64,000 nucleotides of DNA from the NCBI GenBank assembly GCA_963678315.1, contig OY782781.1, forward strand, positions 800,001 through 864,000, in the 5' to 3' direction. Each line of letters opens with the position of its first letter. Within the stretch, counting starts at the first letter, position 1. The notes beneath the pieces are model-generated. The model had not been told where the DNA came from. It was given only the letters and a program-made list of their open reading frames with translations, and did not search any database. The translations under genes were made by a program, and so were the position numbers. Source of the DNA: Candidatus Cloacimonadales bacterium. Lineage in GTDB: Bacteria > Cloacimonadota > Cloacimonadia > Cloacimonadales > JAFGVF01. Shown piece after piece: positions 11,501 to 20,461 of this stretch.

Positions 11501-13415
11501 TACTGCTTCTACAGATGTTGATTCAGCTTCTGTTGCTTCAAAGAATGATGGTTATGTACGTTTTGAAAACGTTAACACAGTAACAAACCCAGATGGTGAA
11601 GTGTTATCATCATCTCACTTGGGTATGTTATATATCGTTCCTGAATTAGATTCTGATGTTATTTTAGAAGAATATAAAGTTGAATATGCTGCTACTTTAA
11701 ATGTTAAAGACGGACAAAAAGTAGTATCAAAAACTAAACTATTTTCTTGGGATCAATATAATAACCCTCTTATTGCTACCGTTGAAGGTGTTCTTAATTA
11801 TGATAACTTTGTTAAAAACGTTACTTATAAAGAAGAATTTAATGACCTTACTGGTACAAAAGATCTTACTATTATTGAATCCAAAGATAGAATCCAACCA
11901 CAGTTCAAAATCGAAGGTTCTGATGGCCAAGTTGTACTTGTTCCTCTTCAAACTGGACTTAGTGTTCAAGTTGAGGACGGTTCTTCTGTATATCCTGGTC
12001 AAAAGATTGGTCAAACTTCACGTATCACTATTAAACAAGGTGATATCACTGGTGGTCTTCCACGTGTTGAAGATCTCTTCGAAGCTAGAATTCCTAAAGA
12101 AAAAGCTGTTATCTCAGAAATCGAAGGTAGAATCTCTGTTGGTAACTTAAAAAGAAATGGTCGTGATATTTATATTACACCTCCTACTGGAATTTTCGCT
12201 CAAGAAGATGGCCTTATGCAAATTGTAGATGATTTACCAAAAGTATCTACAAGTAACGTAATCAAATCTGGAAATGAAACCCTTTCACCTGTTACTGGTA
12301 ACATTATCTCTATTGAGATTGATGCTAAATTAGCTAAAGTTATCATAAGCGATGATAAAGGTGAATTAAGTACAGTTGAATGTGAAGATGGACAAGATAT
12401 TGGACTTGTAACTTACGTTGGACAAAGAGTTAGAGAGAATGATGCAATAGCTGGAGCTAAAAACTTAGTTCCTACAATAAGATTAGTTCCAAATGATGGT
12501 GTTAAATCTAAAGCCGCAGGTAAAGTAATTAAGATTGAAACTTTCGAAGATGGATATCAAGTTACTGTAAAACCTAGATCTACTAAGAAAACAACTAATG
12601 ATGTTTATTATGTAGATGGTAAATATACTCCATTTAACCTTGTTGGTTCTAATGTTAAAAAAGGTGAAGTTATTGCTGGATACATCAATTATCTTGTATC
12701 AGAACAAGAACCTATTTTAGGAAATAATTCTAAAGTTAATGCTGGTCAAGCTTTAGCTGGTAGAAAACATGTTATTCCTTTAGGTAAGAGAATTATCATC
12801 CATGAAGGTGATTATGTTAATTCTGGTACTGCTATCTGTGACGGTCCTATTGACCCACATGATATTCTTAGAATTAGAGGTATCAAAGAAGCTCAAAAAC
12901 TCATTCTCGATGAAATCCAAGAAGTTTATCGTAAACAAGGTGTTAAAATTGATGATAAACATATTGGGGTTATAGTTAGAGAAATGTTTAAAAAGGTTAA
13001 AATTGTTGATCCTGGTGATACTTATTTCTTAGAAGGTGATACTGTTGACAAGCTTAGAGTAGAGAAAGAAAACCTACAACAAGAGACTTTAGGTGGCAAA
13101 GGTGCCAAGTTCGAACAGCTTCTCTTAGGAATTACTAAAACTTCTCTATTGACAGAATCTTGGCTTTCTGCAGCTTCGTTCCAAGAAACTACTAAAGTTC
13201 TTACTCAAGCTGCTGTCGAAGGTAGAATTGATAACCTAGAAGGCTTAAAAGAAAGTATTATACTAGGACACAAGATCCCGGTTGGAACTGGTTCAAAATA
13301 CTATACCAACCAGGTCAAAGAACTTGAAAAAAGCGGCAAAACGGTTGCCGAAATGGTTGAGCAATTGGCTCACCAATTTAACGACGGGTCAGATGAAGAC
13401 CTGTACGATTTCTAA
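8571..13415 (+). CDS. rpoC: RNA polymerase beta' subunit (1614 aa, enlarged by insertions)
   Basis: Zn-finger cysteines, NADFDGDQM catalytic motif, GEPGTQLTLRTFH and SAASFQETT. Confidence 0.99.
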   Translation: MNRNIKREKKIENYDAVRIRIASPDAIRSWSYGEVVKPDTLNYRTLKPEKEGLFCEKIFGPEKDFECSCGKYKKKRFKGTVCDRCGVEVTTSRVRRSRMGHIELAVPVAHISFVKSAPSKIGTLLGLTISNLEKILVYESYVVLDPGDQDYQVNELIDTEEFYEIRDQVSRDTNFKAKIGAEAIREMLENLNLDDLAADLRTRIKWETSTMRKQKMIKRLKIVESFRKSGNRPEWMILEVLPVLPPTLRPLVPLDGGRFATADFNDLYRRVITRNNRLKQLIEIRAPEVILRNEKRMLQEAVDALIDNSKKARPVKGRGNRALKSLTDQLKGKQGRFRQNLLGKRVDYSGRSVITVGPHLKIYEMGLPKEMAVELFKPFIIERLEKMGTAEKTKTAKKMVEKKQPEIWKILEDVVQDYPVLLNRAPTLHRLGIQAFMPVLTENKALQLHPMVCSPFNADFDGDQMGCYIPLSHEARMEARVLMLSSRNLLLPSSGRLAMAPSQDIVLGCYYVSMEGSAQPNWEEDRSVLVAKLDELYAKDSRSEEDDNQISEIKNLLKDYNKKTFKNVHELINIYEKEEMLYAQKRENYKDHEEDTNARLLNLHTWVKVFVKGNWEITTVGRVLFNLALPDAVPFKNQTFDKGALNDLAMECYNAVGQWETAIFLDKLKETGFRYATRGGITFSFGDIVVPHNKQEILARYQEDVDSITESYNLGIITETERSSRVVDNWKVATEEVTDALMEELVVSGGGYNSIYMMYKSGARGSKTQIKQLGGMRGLMDKPSAKGGGNEVIETPIKSNFKEGLSVLEYFISSHGARKGLADTALKTAGAGYLTRRLVDVAQNSMITEDDCGTIGGIDITALKEGNEIVEELRERIQGRTAVDDVEDPRSGEIICEAGQEITNEMANLIQRHGILSVKVRSVLTCEAEKGICAKCYGRNLATQKHVASGEPVGIIAAQSIGEPGTQLTLRTFHIGGTASTDVDSASVASKNDGYVRFENVNTVTNPDGEVLSSSHLGMLYIVPELDSDVILEEYKVEYAATLNVKDGQKVVSKTKLFSWDQYNNPLIATVEGVLNYDNFVKNVTYKEEFNDLTGTKDLTIIESKDRIQPQFKIEGSDGQVVLVPLQTGLSVQVEDGSSVYPGQKIGQTSRITIKQGDITGGLPRVEDLFEARIPKEKAVISEIEGRISVGNLKRNGRDIYITPPTGIFAQEDGLMQIVDDLPKVSTSNVIKSGNETLSPVTGNIISIEIDAKLAKVIISDDKGELSTVECEDGQDIGLVTYVGQRVRENDAIAGAKNLVPTIRLVPNDGVKSKAAGKVIKIETFEDGYQVTVKPRSTKKTTNDVYYVDGKYTPFNLVGSNVKKGEVIAGYINYLVSEQEPILGNNSKVNAGQALAGRKHVIPLGKRIIIHEGDYVNSGTAICDGPIDPHDILRIRGIKEAQKLILDEIQEVYRKQGVKIDDKHIGVIVREMFKKVKIVDPGDTYFLEGDTVDKLRVEKENLQQETLGGKGAKFEQLLLGITKTSLLTESWLSAASFQETTKVLTQAAVEGRIDNLEGLKESIILGHKIPVGTGSKYYTNQVKELEKSGKTVAEMVEQLAHQFNDGSDEDLYDF

Positions 13416-13431
13416 ATAAGGCGGAGGAAAA

Positions 13432-13806
13432 ATGCCTACTATAAACCAGTTAATTAGAAAAGGAAGAAAGTCGGTTGAAAAAAGAAGAACTAACCGTGCT
13501 TTGAATAGTTGCCCACAAAGACGTGGTGTATGTACTAGAGTTTATACTACTACACCTAAAAAACCTAACTCAGCGTTACGTAAAGTTGCTCGTGTACGTT
13601 TAACTAACGGTATCGAAGTAACTGCTTACATTCCTGGTGAAGGTCATAACTTACAAGAACACTCTTTAGTTTTAGTTCGCGGTGGTCGTGTTAAGGATTT
13701 ACCTGGTGTGAGATATCACATCGTTCGTGGATCACTCGACTGTGCTGGTGTTGAAAATAGAACAAACTCACGTTCTAAATACGGAACAAGACGTCCAAAG
13801 AAATAA
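13432..13806 (+). CDS. rpsL: 30S ribosomal protein S12
   Basis: [17 protein letters not shown] and [12 protein letters not shown] motifs. Confidence 0.99.
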   Translation: MPTINQLIRKGRKSVEKRRTNRALNSCPQRRGVCTRVYTTTPKKPNSALRKVARVRLTNGIEVTAYIPGEGHNLQEHSLVLVRGGRVKDLPGVRYHIVRGSLDCAGVENRTNSRSKYGTRRPKK

Positions 13807-13816
13807 GGAGTAAGAT

Positions 13817-14287
13817 ATGCCTAGAAAACGTAAAGCCATGGAAAGAGAAGTATTACCTGATCCAAAATTCAATGACGTAATACTAAGTAAATTTATCAAT
13901 TGTGTGATGACTGATGGTAAAAAATCTATTGCAGAGAAAATAGTGTACGGTGCTTTTGATATCGTTGCTGAAAAAACTGGTAAAGACCCATTAGAAGTTT
14001 TCAAAGAAGCTCTTACAAATGCAAGACCTCTTGTGAAAGTTACTTCTCGTCGTATCGGTGGTGCTAACTACCAAGTTCCTGAAGAAGTTTCTGAAAAAGC
14101 TGGTAGAGCTATCGCTTTTAGATGGATCATCTCAGTTGCTCGTGGACGTAATGAAAAAAATATGCGTGAAAAATTAGCTGCTGAATTATTAGCTATCTTC
14201 AAAAAAGAAGGTTCTACTATTAAAAAACGTGAGGATACTCACAAAATGGCTGAAGCTAACAAAGCTTTCGCTCACTTAAGATTCTAA
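13817..14287 (+). CDS. rpsG: 30S ribosomal protein S7
   Basis: RRIGGANYQVP and THKMAEANKAFAH motifs. Confidence 0.99.
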   Translation: MPRKRKAMEREVLPDPKFNDVILSKFINCVMTDGKKSIAEKIVYGAFDIVAEKTGKDPLEVFKEALTNARPLVKVTSRRIGGANYQVPEEVSEKAGRAIAFRWIISVARGRNEKNMREKLAAELLAIFKKEGSTIKKREDTHKMAEANKAFAHLRF

Positions 14288-14317
14288 TTATATAGAAATC
14301 TATATTATATATATATT

Positions 14318-14348
14318 AAGGCCTGACTTGTTCAGGCCTTTTTCTTTT
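14318..14348 (+). terminator. Intrinsic terminator closing the rpsLG operon
   Basis: AAGGCCTGA-CTTGT-TCAGGCCTT followed by a T-tract. Confidence 0.85.
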
Positions 14349-14500
14349 GGGGGTTGCAGTGCTTCTAGCTTGCTATTACTGGGAACGCTGGGCCTTTAGT
14401 CCGGCTACTGCCGGATAGCCGGCTTCAAATTGCAAGCAACACAACAGTCTTCGCCTGTCACAGTCCTTGCTTGCGAAAAGAGACGTTCTTCCGAACGTCT

Positions 14501-16171
14501 CAGACTGCTGACAAAGTCATGTAATCAATGTGTGATTTTCGTATGTTTTTTCTGTACTAAACAACCCAGAAAAAGCACAAATAGACTTGACAATATTACT
14601 CCTTATTATATGATAGGCATATAATTAGAGGTGATAAAATGATTAAAGAAGAATATAGAAAACAATACGAATTTGAGCTTGTAAATTTAGAAGAACAGGT
14701 TCCAGACGATCATATCCTTAGGTTTTTTGATGAATATATAGATTTCTCTTTCGTTTATGATATAATGAAAGACACATACAATGAGACTTTTGGCAGACCT
14801 GCTATTAATCCAATAACTCTTTTTAAAATAATATTAATAGGTTATCTCTTTGGTATTAAATCAGAACGTCAAATATTTAAAGAAATACAAGTTAATCTTG
14901 CATATAGATGGTTTTTAGGGTTCGGATTTAATGATAAAATTCCTCACCATTCAATTATAAGTAAAACTCGTAAAAGACGATTTGCTAATAATGATTTATT
15001 TCAAGAGATTTTTGATAATATTGTTAAGTTAGGCATTGAAAATGGTTTAGTTAATGGGAAAATTTTATATACAGACTCAACCCATATAAAAGCTAATGCG
15101 AATAAGAATAAGTTCATAAAAATTGTAGTAAAAAGAACTACAAAAGAATATATTAAAGATTTGGATGAAGCAGTCGCAGAAGACAGAAAAAAACACAATA
15201 TAAAACCACTTCCTCCTAAGGAACCACAGGAAGAAACCAAGACAATTAAATCCAGCACAACAGATCCAGACAGTGGTTTTATGGCACGAGACCGCAAACC
15301 ACAAGGCTTCTTTTATTTAGACCATAGGACAACGGATCCTAAATGTAATTTTATAACAGATGTATTTATAACACCTGGGAATATAAATGATGCAGTGGTA
15401 TATAAATCTCGTCTTCTTCGGCAGATTGAAAGGTTTAATTTTAATGTTATAGCTGTAGGCTTAGATGCTGGGTATAATACTGTAGATAATTGTCGTTTTT
15501 TATGTGAAAAAGGAATAATGGGGGTAATAGGGTACAAAAGAGGTAGCCATAAAAAAGGATTTTTCAGCAAGAATAAATTCAAATTTGACTCAGTCAACGA
15601 CCAATATATTTGTCCAAATAACAAATTATTACATTACAAAACAACAAGAAGAGAGGGCTACAAAGAATACGTATCAAATGCTGAAGACTGTAAAAACTGT
15701 CCTCATTTATCTAAATGTACTTCAAATAAAACAAGGAGGAAAGTACTAAATCGGCATGTCTGGGAAAAATATAAAGACCAGATAAATATGAATCGTTTAA
15801 CATTCTGTGGTAAACAAATTTATAAGCGCCGAAAAGAGACAATTGAGAGGAGTTTTGCTAATGCAAAACAAAATCATGGATATCGATATGCACGATATAG
15901 AGGACTTGAAAAAGTTAAAGAACAAGCTCTAATGACAGCTTGTACTCAAAATTTAGTAAAATTAGTTAAATACTTTAAGAGAATCAATAAAAAGCTAAAA
16001 AAGGGTTCTATTTTAACAAAAATACTCAAATTTTTTGATTATTTTGGGTATATTGTCTCCCATAGTGAACTTATGCAACAATATCATCACCAATACTAAA
16101 AAATCTATCAACTATCAGATGAAAACTAAAATTGGCTGTAAACACCTTTTTTCTACTTTGTCAGCAGTCTG
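14501..16171 (+). mobile_element. IS1182-family element, copy 1 (1671 bp)
   Basis: 17-bp perfect terminal inverted repeats CAGACTGCTGACAAAGT; flanked by a 20-bp direct repeat AGACGTTCTTCCGAACGTCT (14481-14500 and 16172-16191). Confidence 0.93.
14639..16099 (+). CDS. IS1182-family DDE transposase
   Basis: GRPAINP (DUF772-like), DSTHIKANA, TTDPDS, DAGY, Cys-rich insert, YKRRKETIERSFA. Confidence 0.93.
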   Translation: MIKEEYRKQYEFELVNLEEQVPDDHILRFFDEYIDFSFVYDIMKDTYNETFGRPAINPITLFKIILIGYLFGIKSERQIFKEIQVNLAYRWFLGFGFNDKIPHHSIISKTRKRRFANNDLFQEIFDNIVKLGIENGLVNGKILYTDSTHIKANANKNKFIKIVVKRTTKEYIKDLDEAVAEDRKKHNIKPLPPKEPQEETKTIKSSTTDPDSGFMARDRKPQGFFYLDHRTTDPKCNFITDVFITPGNINDAVVYKSRLLRQIERFNFNVIAVGLDAGYNTVDNCRFLCEKGIMGVIGYKRGSHKKGFFSKNKFKFDSVNDQYICPNNKLLHYKTTRREGYKEYVSNAEDCKNCPHLSKCTSNKTRRKVLNRHVWEKYKDQINMNRLTFCGKQIYKRRKETIERSFANAKQNHGYRYARYRGLEKVKEQALMTACTQNLVKLVKYFKRINKKLKKGSILTKILKFFDYFGYIVSHSELMQQYHHQY

Positions 16172-16474
16172 AGACGTTCTTCCGAACGTCTCTACAGCAT
16201 TCCCAGTTTACACAAAAATTTACTTCTCTAGGTTTATCCAGCAAAGTCGGAACGCCATCGTCTCTGATGGCCAAACCTACGAAAGTAGGTTATATATGAG
16301 ACTTAAATATATGTTTAGCATATATTTATATACAAAAGCCGGCACGGAGGCCAGCGTTCCCAGTTTTAGCTGGCACGGAACAGTCTTCGCCTGTCACAGT
16401 CCTTGCTTGCGAAAAGAGACGTTCTTCCGAACGTCTCTACAAATTTCCTCTGGGTATACAAGCTTCTAGCTTGT
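16172..16474. repeat. Mosaic of REP-like palindromes between the two IS copies
   Basis: GTAG-footed hairpin (reverse of GAGACGTTCTTCCGAACGTCTCTAC), GCCGGCACGGAGGCCAGCGTTCCCAG, and a ~60-bp block shared with 14443-14501. Confidence 0.7.
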
Positions 16475-18145
16475 CAGACTGCTGACAAAGTCATGTAATC
16501 AATGTGTGATTTTCGTATGTTTTTTCTGTACTAAACAACCCAGAAAAAGCACAAATAGACTTGACAATATTACTCCTTATTATATGATAGGCATATAATT
16601 AGAGGTGATAAAATGATTAAAGAAGAATATAGAAAACAATACGAATTCGAGCTTGTAAATTTAGAAGAACAGGTTCCAGACGATCATATCCTTAGGTTTT
16701 TTGATGAATATATAGATTTCTCTTTCGTTTATGATATAATGAAAGACACATACAATGAGACTTTTGGTAGACCTGCTATTAATCCAATAACTCTTTTTAA
16801 AATAATATTAATAGGTTATCTCTTTGGTATTAAATCAGAACGTCAAATATTTAAAGAAATACAAGTTAATCTTGCATATAGATGGTTTTTAGGGTTCGGA
16901 TTTAATGATAAAATTCCTCACCATTCAATTATAAGTAAAACTCGTAAAAGACGATTTGCTAATAATGATTTATTTCAAGAGATTTTTGATAATATTGTTA
17001 AGTTAGGCATTGAAAATGGTTTAGTTAATGGGAAAATTTTATATACAGACTCAACCCATATAAAAGCTAATGCGAATAAGAATAAGTTCATAAAAATTGT
17101 AGTAAAAAGAACTACAAAAGAATATATTAAAGATTTGGATGAAGCAGTCGCAGAAGACAGAAAAAAACACAATATAAAACCACTTCCTCCTAAGGAACCA
17201 CAGGAAGAAACCAAGACAATTAAATCCAGCACAACAGATCCAGACAGTGGTTTTATGGCACGAGACCGCAAACCACAAGGCTTCTTTTATTTAGACCATA
17301 GGACAACGGATCCTAAATGTAATTTTATAACAGATGTATTTATAACACCTGGGAATATAAATGATGCAGTGGTATATAAATCTCGTCTTCTTCGGCAGAT
17401 TGAAAGGTTTAATTTTAATGTTATAGCTGTAGGCTTAGATGCTGGGTATAATACTGTAGATAATTGTCGTTTTTTATGTGAAAAAGGAATAATGGGGGTA
17501 ATAGGGTACAAAAGAGGTAGCCATAAAAAAGGATTTTTCAGCAAGAATAAATTCAAATTTGACTCAGTCAACGACCAATATATTTGTCCAAATAACAAAT
17601 TATTACATTACAAAACAACAAGAAGAGAGGGCTACAAAGAATACGTATCAAATGCTGAAGACTGTAAAAACTGTCCTCATTTATCTAAATGTACTTCAAA
17701 TAAAACAAGGAGGAAAGTACTAAATCGGCATGTCTGGGAAAAATATAAAGACAAGATAAATATGAATCGTTTAACATTCTGTGGTAAAGAGATTTATAAG
17801 CGACGAAAAGAGACTATTGAGAGGAGTTTTGCTAATGCAAAACAAAATCATGGATATCGATATGCACGATATAGAGGACTTGAAAAAGTTAAAGAACAAG
17901 CTCTAATGACAGCTTGTACTCAAAATTTAGTAAAATTAGTTAAATACTTTAAGAGAATCAATAAAAAGCTAAAAAAGGGTTCTATTTTAACAAAAATACT
18001 CAAATTTTTTGATTATTTTGGGTATATTGTCTCCCATAGTGAACTTATGCAACAATATCATCACCAATACTAAAAAATCTATCAACTATCAGATGAAAAC
18101 TAAAATTGGCTGTAAACACCTTTTTTCTACTTTGTCAGCAGTCTG
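16475..18145 (+). mobile_element. IS1182-family element, copy 2 (1671 bp, near-identical to copy 1)
   Basis: Same 17-bp terminal inverted repeats; flanked by a 17-bp direct repeat ACAAGCTTCTAGCTTGT (16458-16474 and 18146-18162). Confidence 0.93.
16613..18073 (+). CDS. IS1182-family DDE transposase
   Basis: Differs from copy 1 at two residues I could find (KDQ/KDK, GKQ/GKE). Confidence 0.93.
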   Translation: MIKEEYRKQYEFELVNLEEQVPDDHILRFFDEYIDFSFVYDIMKDTYNETFGRPAINPITLFKIILIGYLFGIKSERQIFKEIQVNLAYRWFLGFGFNDKIPHHSIISKTRKRRFANNDLFQEIFDNIVKLGIENGLVNGKILYTDSTHIKANANKNKFIKIVVKRTTKEYIKDLDEAVAEDRKKHNIKPLPPKEPQEETKTIKSSTTDPDSGFMARDRKPQGFFYLDHRTTDPKCNFITDVFITPGNINDAVVYKSRLLRQIERFNFNVIAVGLDAGYNTVDNCRFLCEKGIMGVIGYKRGSHKKGFFSKNKFKFDSVNDQYICPNNKLLHYKTTRREGYKEYVSNAEDCKNCPHLSKCTSNKTRRKVLNRHVWEKYKDKINMNRLTFCGKEIYKRRKETIERSFANAKQNHGYRYARYRGLEKVKEQALMTACTQNLVKLVKYFKRINKKLKKGSILTKILKFFDYFGYIVSHSELMQQYHHQY

Positions 18146-18162
18146 ACAAGCTTCTAGCTTGT

Positions 18163-18525
18163 ATCTGAGACGTTTTGCCAAACGTCTCTACAAAGTCACT
18201 TATCACTACGATCTAAGTGACGCCAGCGCAGAGACTGGCGGAGAATTGAGGAGTTACAATCCATAAAAACCCCGAAGGGGTGGCATATACTAAGCATGGA
18301 GGCTTGCCCTCCATGTAATAGTTAAAAAATAAAAAAAGCCCTGAAAGGGCGTCATAAAGGCTAAGCTTTATCTGCAAACAGAGAAGTTTACCACGAAAAG
18401 CACGAATAACACGAAAAACAGTCAAATTATTTAGGACTGGACAGATCCCAGTAACTCCCCACTCTTCACTTCTAACTCCTTCCTAAAGCCGCTCATTGAA
18501 AAAATGGCTTTTTTTCAAAGAGGCA
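18163..18525. repeat. Mosaic of small palindromic and dispersed repeats
   Basis: GAGACGTTTTGCCAAACGTCTCTAC, ACCCCGAAGGGGT, GCCCTGAAAGGGC, three CACGAA units, and GCC..TTGAAAAAATGGC..TTTTTTCAA..GGC (related copy at 56561-56595). Confidence 0.65.
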
Positions 18526-18577
18526 AGTAAGGGTGACCTTATAGACAGTTTAAATCAAACTAGAATTTACCCAAGAA

Positions 18578-19510
18578 TCAAAAGTTATTTTGAACATTCT
18601 TAATGAAATTATATACTACCCAGCGTTCATCCAATTCGTTTTTATTGAAGGCTAGCTTTTCTGTATCACGATACTGCACTTGTCGATTCTGTTCTCTGAA
18701 GTCGATAGACTCTTTACCTGTCACTTGAGCTAAAAGTCCATTTTCTATAGTGTAAATTTTATCATCAAATTTAAGTTCTAAGTTTATGTTTTTAGTTTCA
18801 TTTAAAAACTGTAAGAATTGATAGTACTTTAAAAGAATACGAGTTTCAACTTTAACTTCTTCCGCTTTTTGGAATTCTAGTTGGTCATTGAAAGCTTGGA
18901 ATTTCTTATTAAGAATATCAGCAAAATCGTTATTTGAAGATAGGTAATATTTCTCAATTTCAGCTTTTATATCAAGCTTTTTATCAGGGATACAATAACC
19001 CTTACATTGATCATCCTTGACTAAGTCGCAAGGGAAGCCAACATCTGGACAGGCAGGTAAGTGAATGTTCTTGGTAAGGACAGTAATCAAATCCCGTACA
19101 AAGAATCTATTTCTGAATGGTCCAATATAGAACTTATCAGACTGAGTATTCTCTTTAATGGCAACATAAGGAGGATTTTTAAAATCAAAAGCAAGATAAA
19201 CAAAGTTGGCAGAGAAATCAATATCATTGTTTAAATAAGGGATAAAGCTCTTTTTAAGACTTTTAAACCAAATCAGACACTCCATATCACTATTTCTTAA
19301 TTCGATTGTCAGATGCTCTGATTGGTCCCATAACTCACGAATCTTATCATCTTCTTCTTTTAATTCTTTCAATCTATTGATTCTAGCATATAAGTTTGTT
19401 GTTATTCCTGCAAATATTACACTATCTTTATCTGTAAAATAATAAGATCCTCTAACCTCTGGTAACTTCTGTAAAGCTAACTCATCACTAACTGCTATCT
19501 TCATCTTCAC
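18578..19510 (-). CDS. UvrC N-terminal-half homolog (degenerate GIY-YIG, 4-Cys region, UVR helix)
   Basis: LPEVRGSYYF...IFAG...NLYARI, YIGPF, C-x6-C-x7-C-x3-C, LEFQKAEEV; no RNase-H or HhH C-terminal half. Confidence 0.75.
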   Translation of the reverse strand: MKMKIAVSDELALQKLPEVRGSYYFTDKDSVIFAGITTNLYARINRLKELKEEDDKIRELWDQSEHLTIELRNSDMECLIWFKSLKKSFIPYLNNDIDFSANFVYLAFDFKNPPYVAIKENTQSDKFYIGPFRNRFFVRDLITVLTKNIHLPACPDVGFPCDLVKDDQCKGYCIPDKKLDIKAEIEKYYLSSNNDFADILNKKFQAFNDQLEFQKAEEVKVETRILLKYYQFLQFLNETKNINLELKFDDKIYTIENGLLAQVTGKESIDFREQNRQVQYRDTEKLAFNKNELDERWVVYNFIKNVQNNF

Positions 19511-19768
19511 CTCATAATATCATTGTCATTACAATTTAAAATAATATGTTTAGATGTCCATTGTTTTTTAGCCTATATTTCTTCTATAATAAAGTGTTTC
19601 CATGTCCTATTTTTGAAACAATAAGTGTTTCTATATGGAAACAGTCCAAAAAATACTCAATTTTTAAGGCTTTATAAGTAATTTTCATAAGTCAAACTTT
19701 GATAGGCAATTAGCTCTTTGTTGAGAATTTATACTTCCTTTGGAACAAATAATGAAATATAGCTAAGC

Positions 19769-20116
19769 ATGGAAAGAAAATTATTAATTGTATCTATCAA
19801 CAAAGATCATCGTTTTTTGTTGAACTCATTAGTTGAGAAAAAAGGTTTTGAAATATTTGCACCTGAAAGTATTGAAGACTCAATTTCGTTATTGAAAACG
19901 AGTGACTTCGATAAGATTGTCATTGATTATACAGATTATAGTTTTTTAATGAGAATTTTGTGCAACAAGATTGAAAGAAGAAATAATATTCATAAGTGCA
20001 TTTTTTTAAACACTGAAATTGATCCGGTAGTGGCAGAAAAAGTTATCGAGCATGGAGGACAACTACTTGATAAACCTTATGACGCAGATCAATTACTTGC
20101 CATTATTAAAATGTAA
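19769..20116 (+). CDS. Single-domain response-regulator receiver, atypical
   Basis: LLIVS...DKIVIDY...LLDKPY receiver pattern; the acidic pair after beta1 is missing. Confidence 0.7.
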   Translation: MERKLLIVSINKDHRFLLNSLVEKKGFEIFAPESIEDSISLLKTSDFDKIVIDYTDYSFLMRILCNKIERRNNIHKCIFLNTEIDPVVAEKVIEHGGQLLDKPYDADQLLAIIKM

Positions 20117-20251
20117 AATTTTTAAATATTGCTAGCTTACAAGGAGCTTATTTCTTAGAATAGCAAGGCAATAGGGTTCTAGCTATAACATGCTTTAGGT
20201 TAAAAGATTAGCATTACAAGACTGGTTATCTATTCTTATTATTATTCACTC

Positions 20252-20284
20252 CGAGTGGTGGTTGGTTTCACCACTCGCTTTTTT
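20252..20284 (+). terminator. Intrinsic terminator
   Basis: CGAGTGGTG...CACCACTCG followed by a T-tract. Confidence 0.75.
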
Positions 20285-20461
20285 ATGGAGTTAAAAAGTA
20301 TTATACAATTTGCAGCTATCCTAAGAACTGCTTTTCAGATGTTACAGGGGGACACACAGTTGATGTATAGTTACAAACAAAAGCACAAATTTTATCTTGC
20401 TAAAATCTAAGTGTACTATTTTAATTAACTTAGCACATATAAATTAAAAGAGGCTGGCTAA

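Noticed and set aside
4290..13415. Inteins in rpoB or rpoC
   Set aside because: The insertions lack intein terminal motifs (N-terminal Cys/Ser block, His-Asn end) and endonuclease motifs.
14430..14624. 64-aa ORF upstream of the transposase
   Set aside because: It spans REP DNA and the IS left end, has a TTG start and no recognisable motif.
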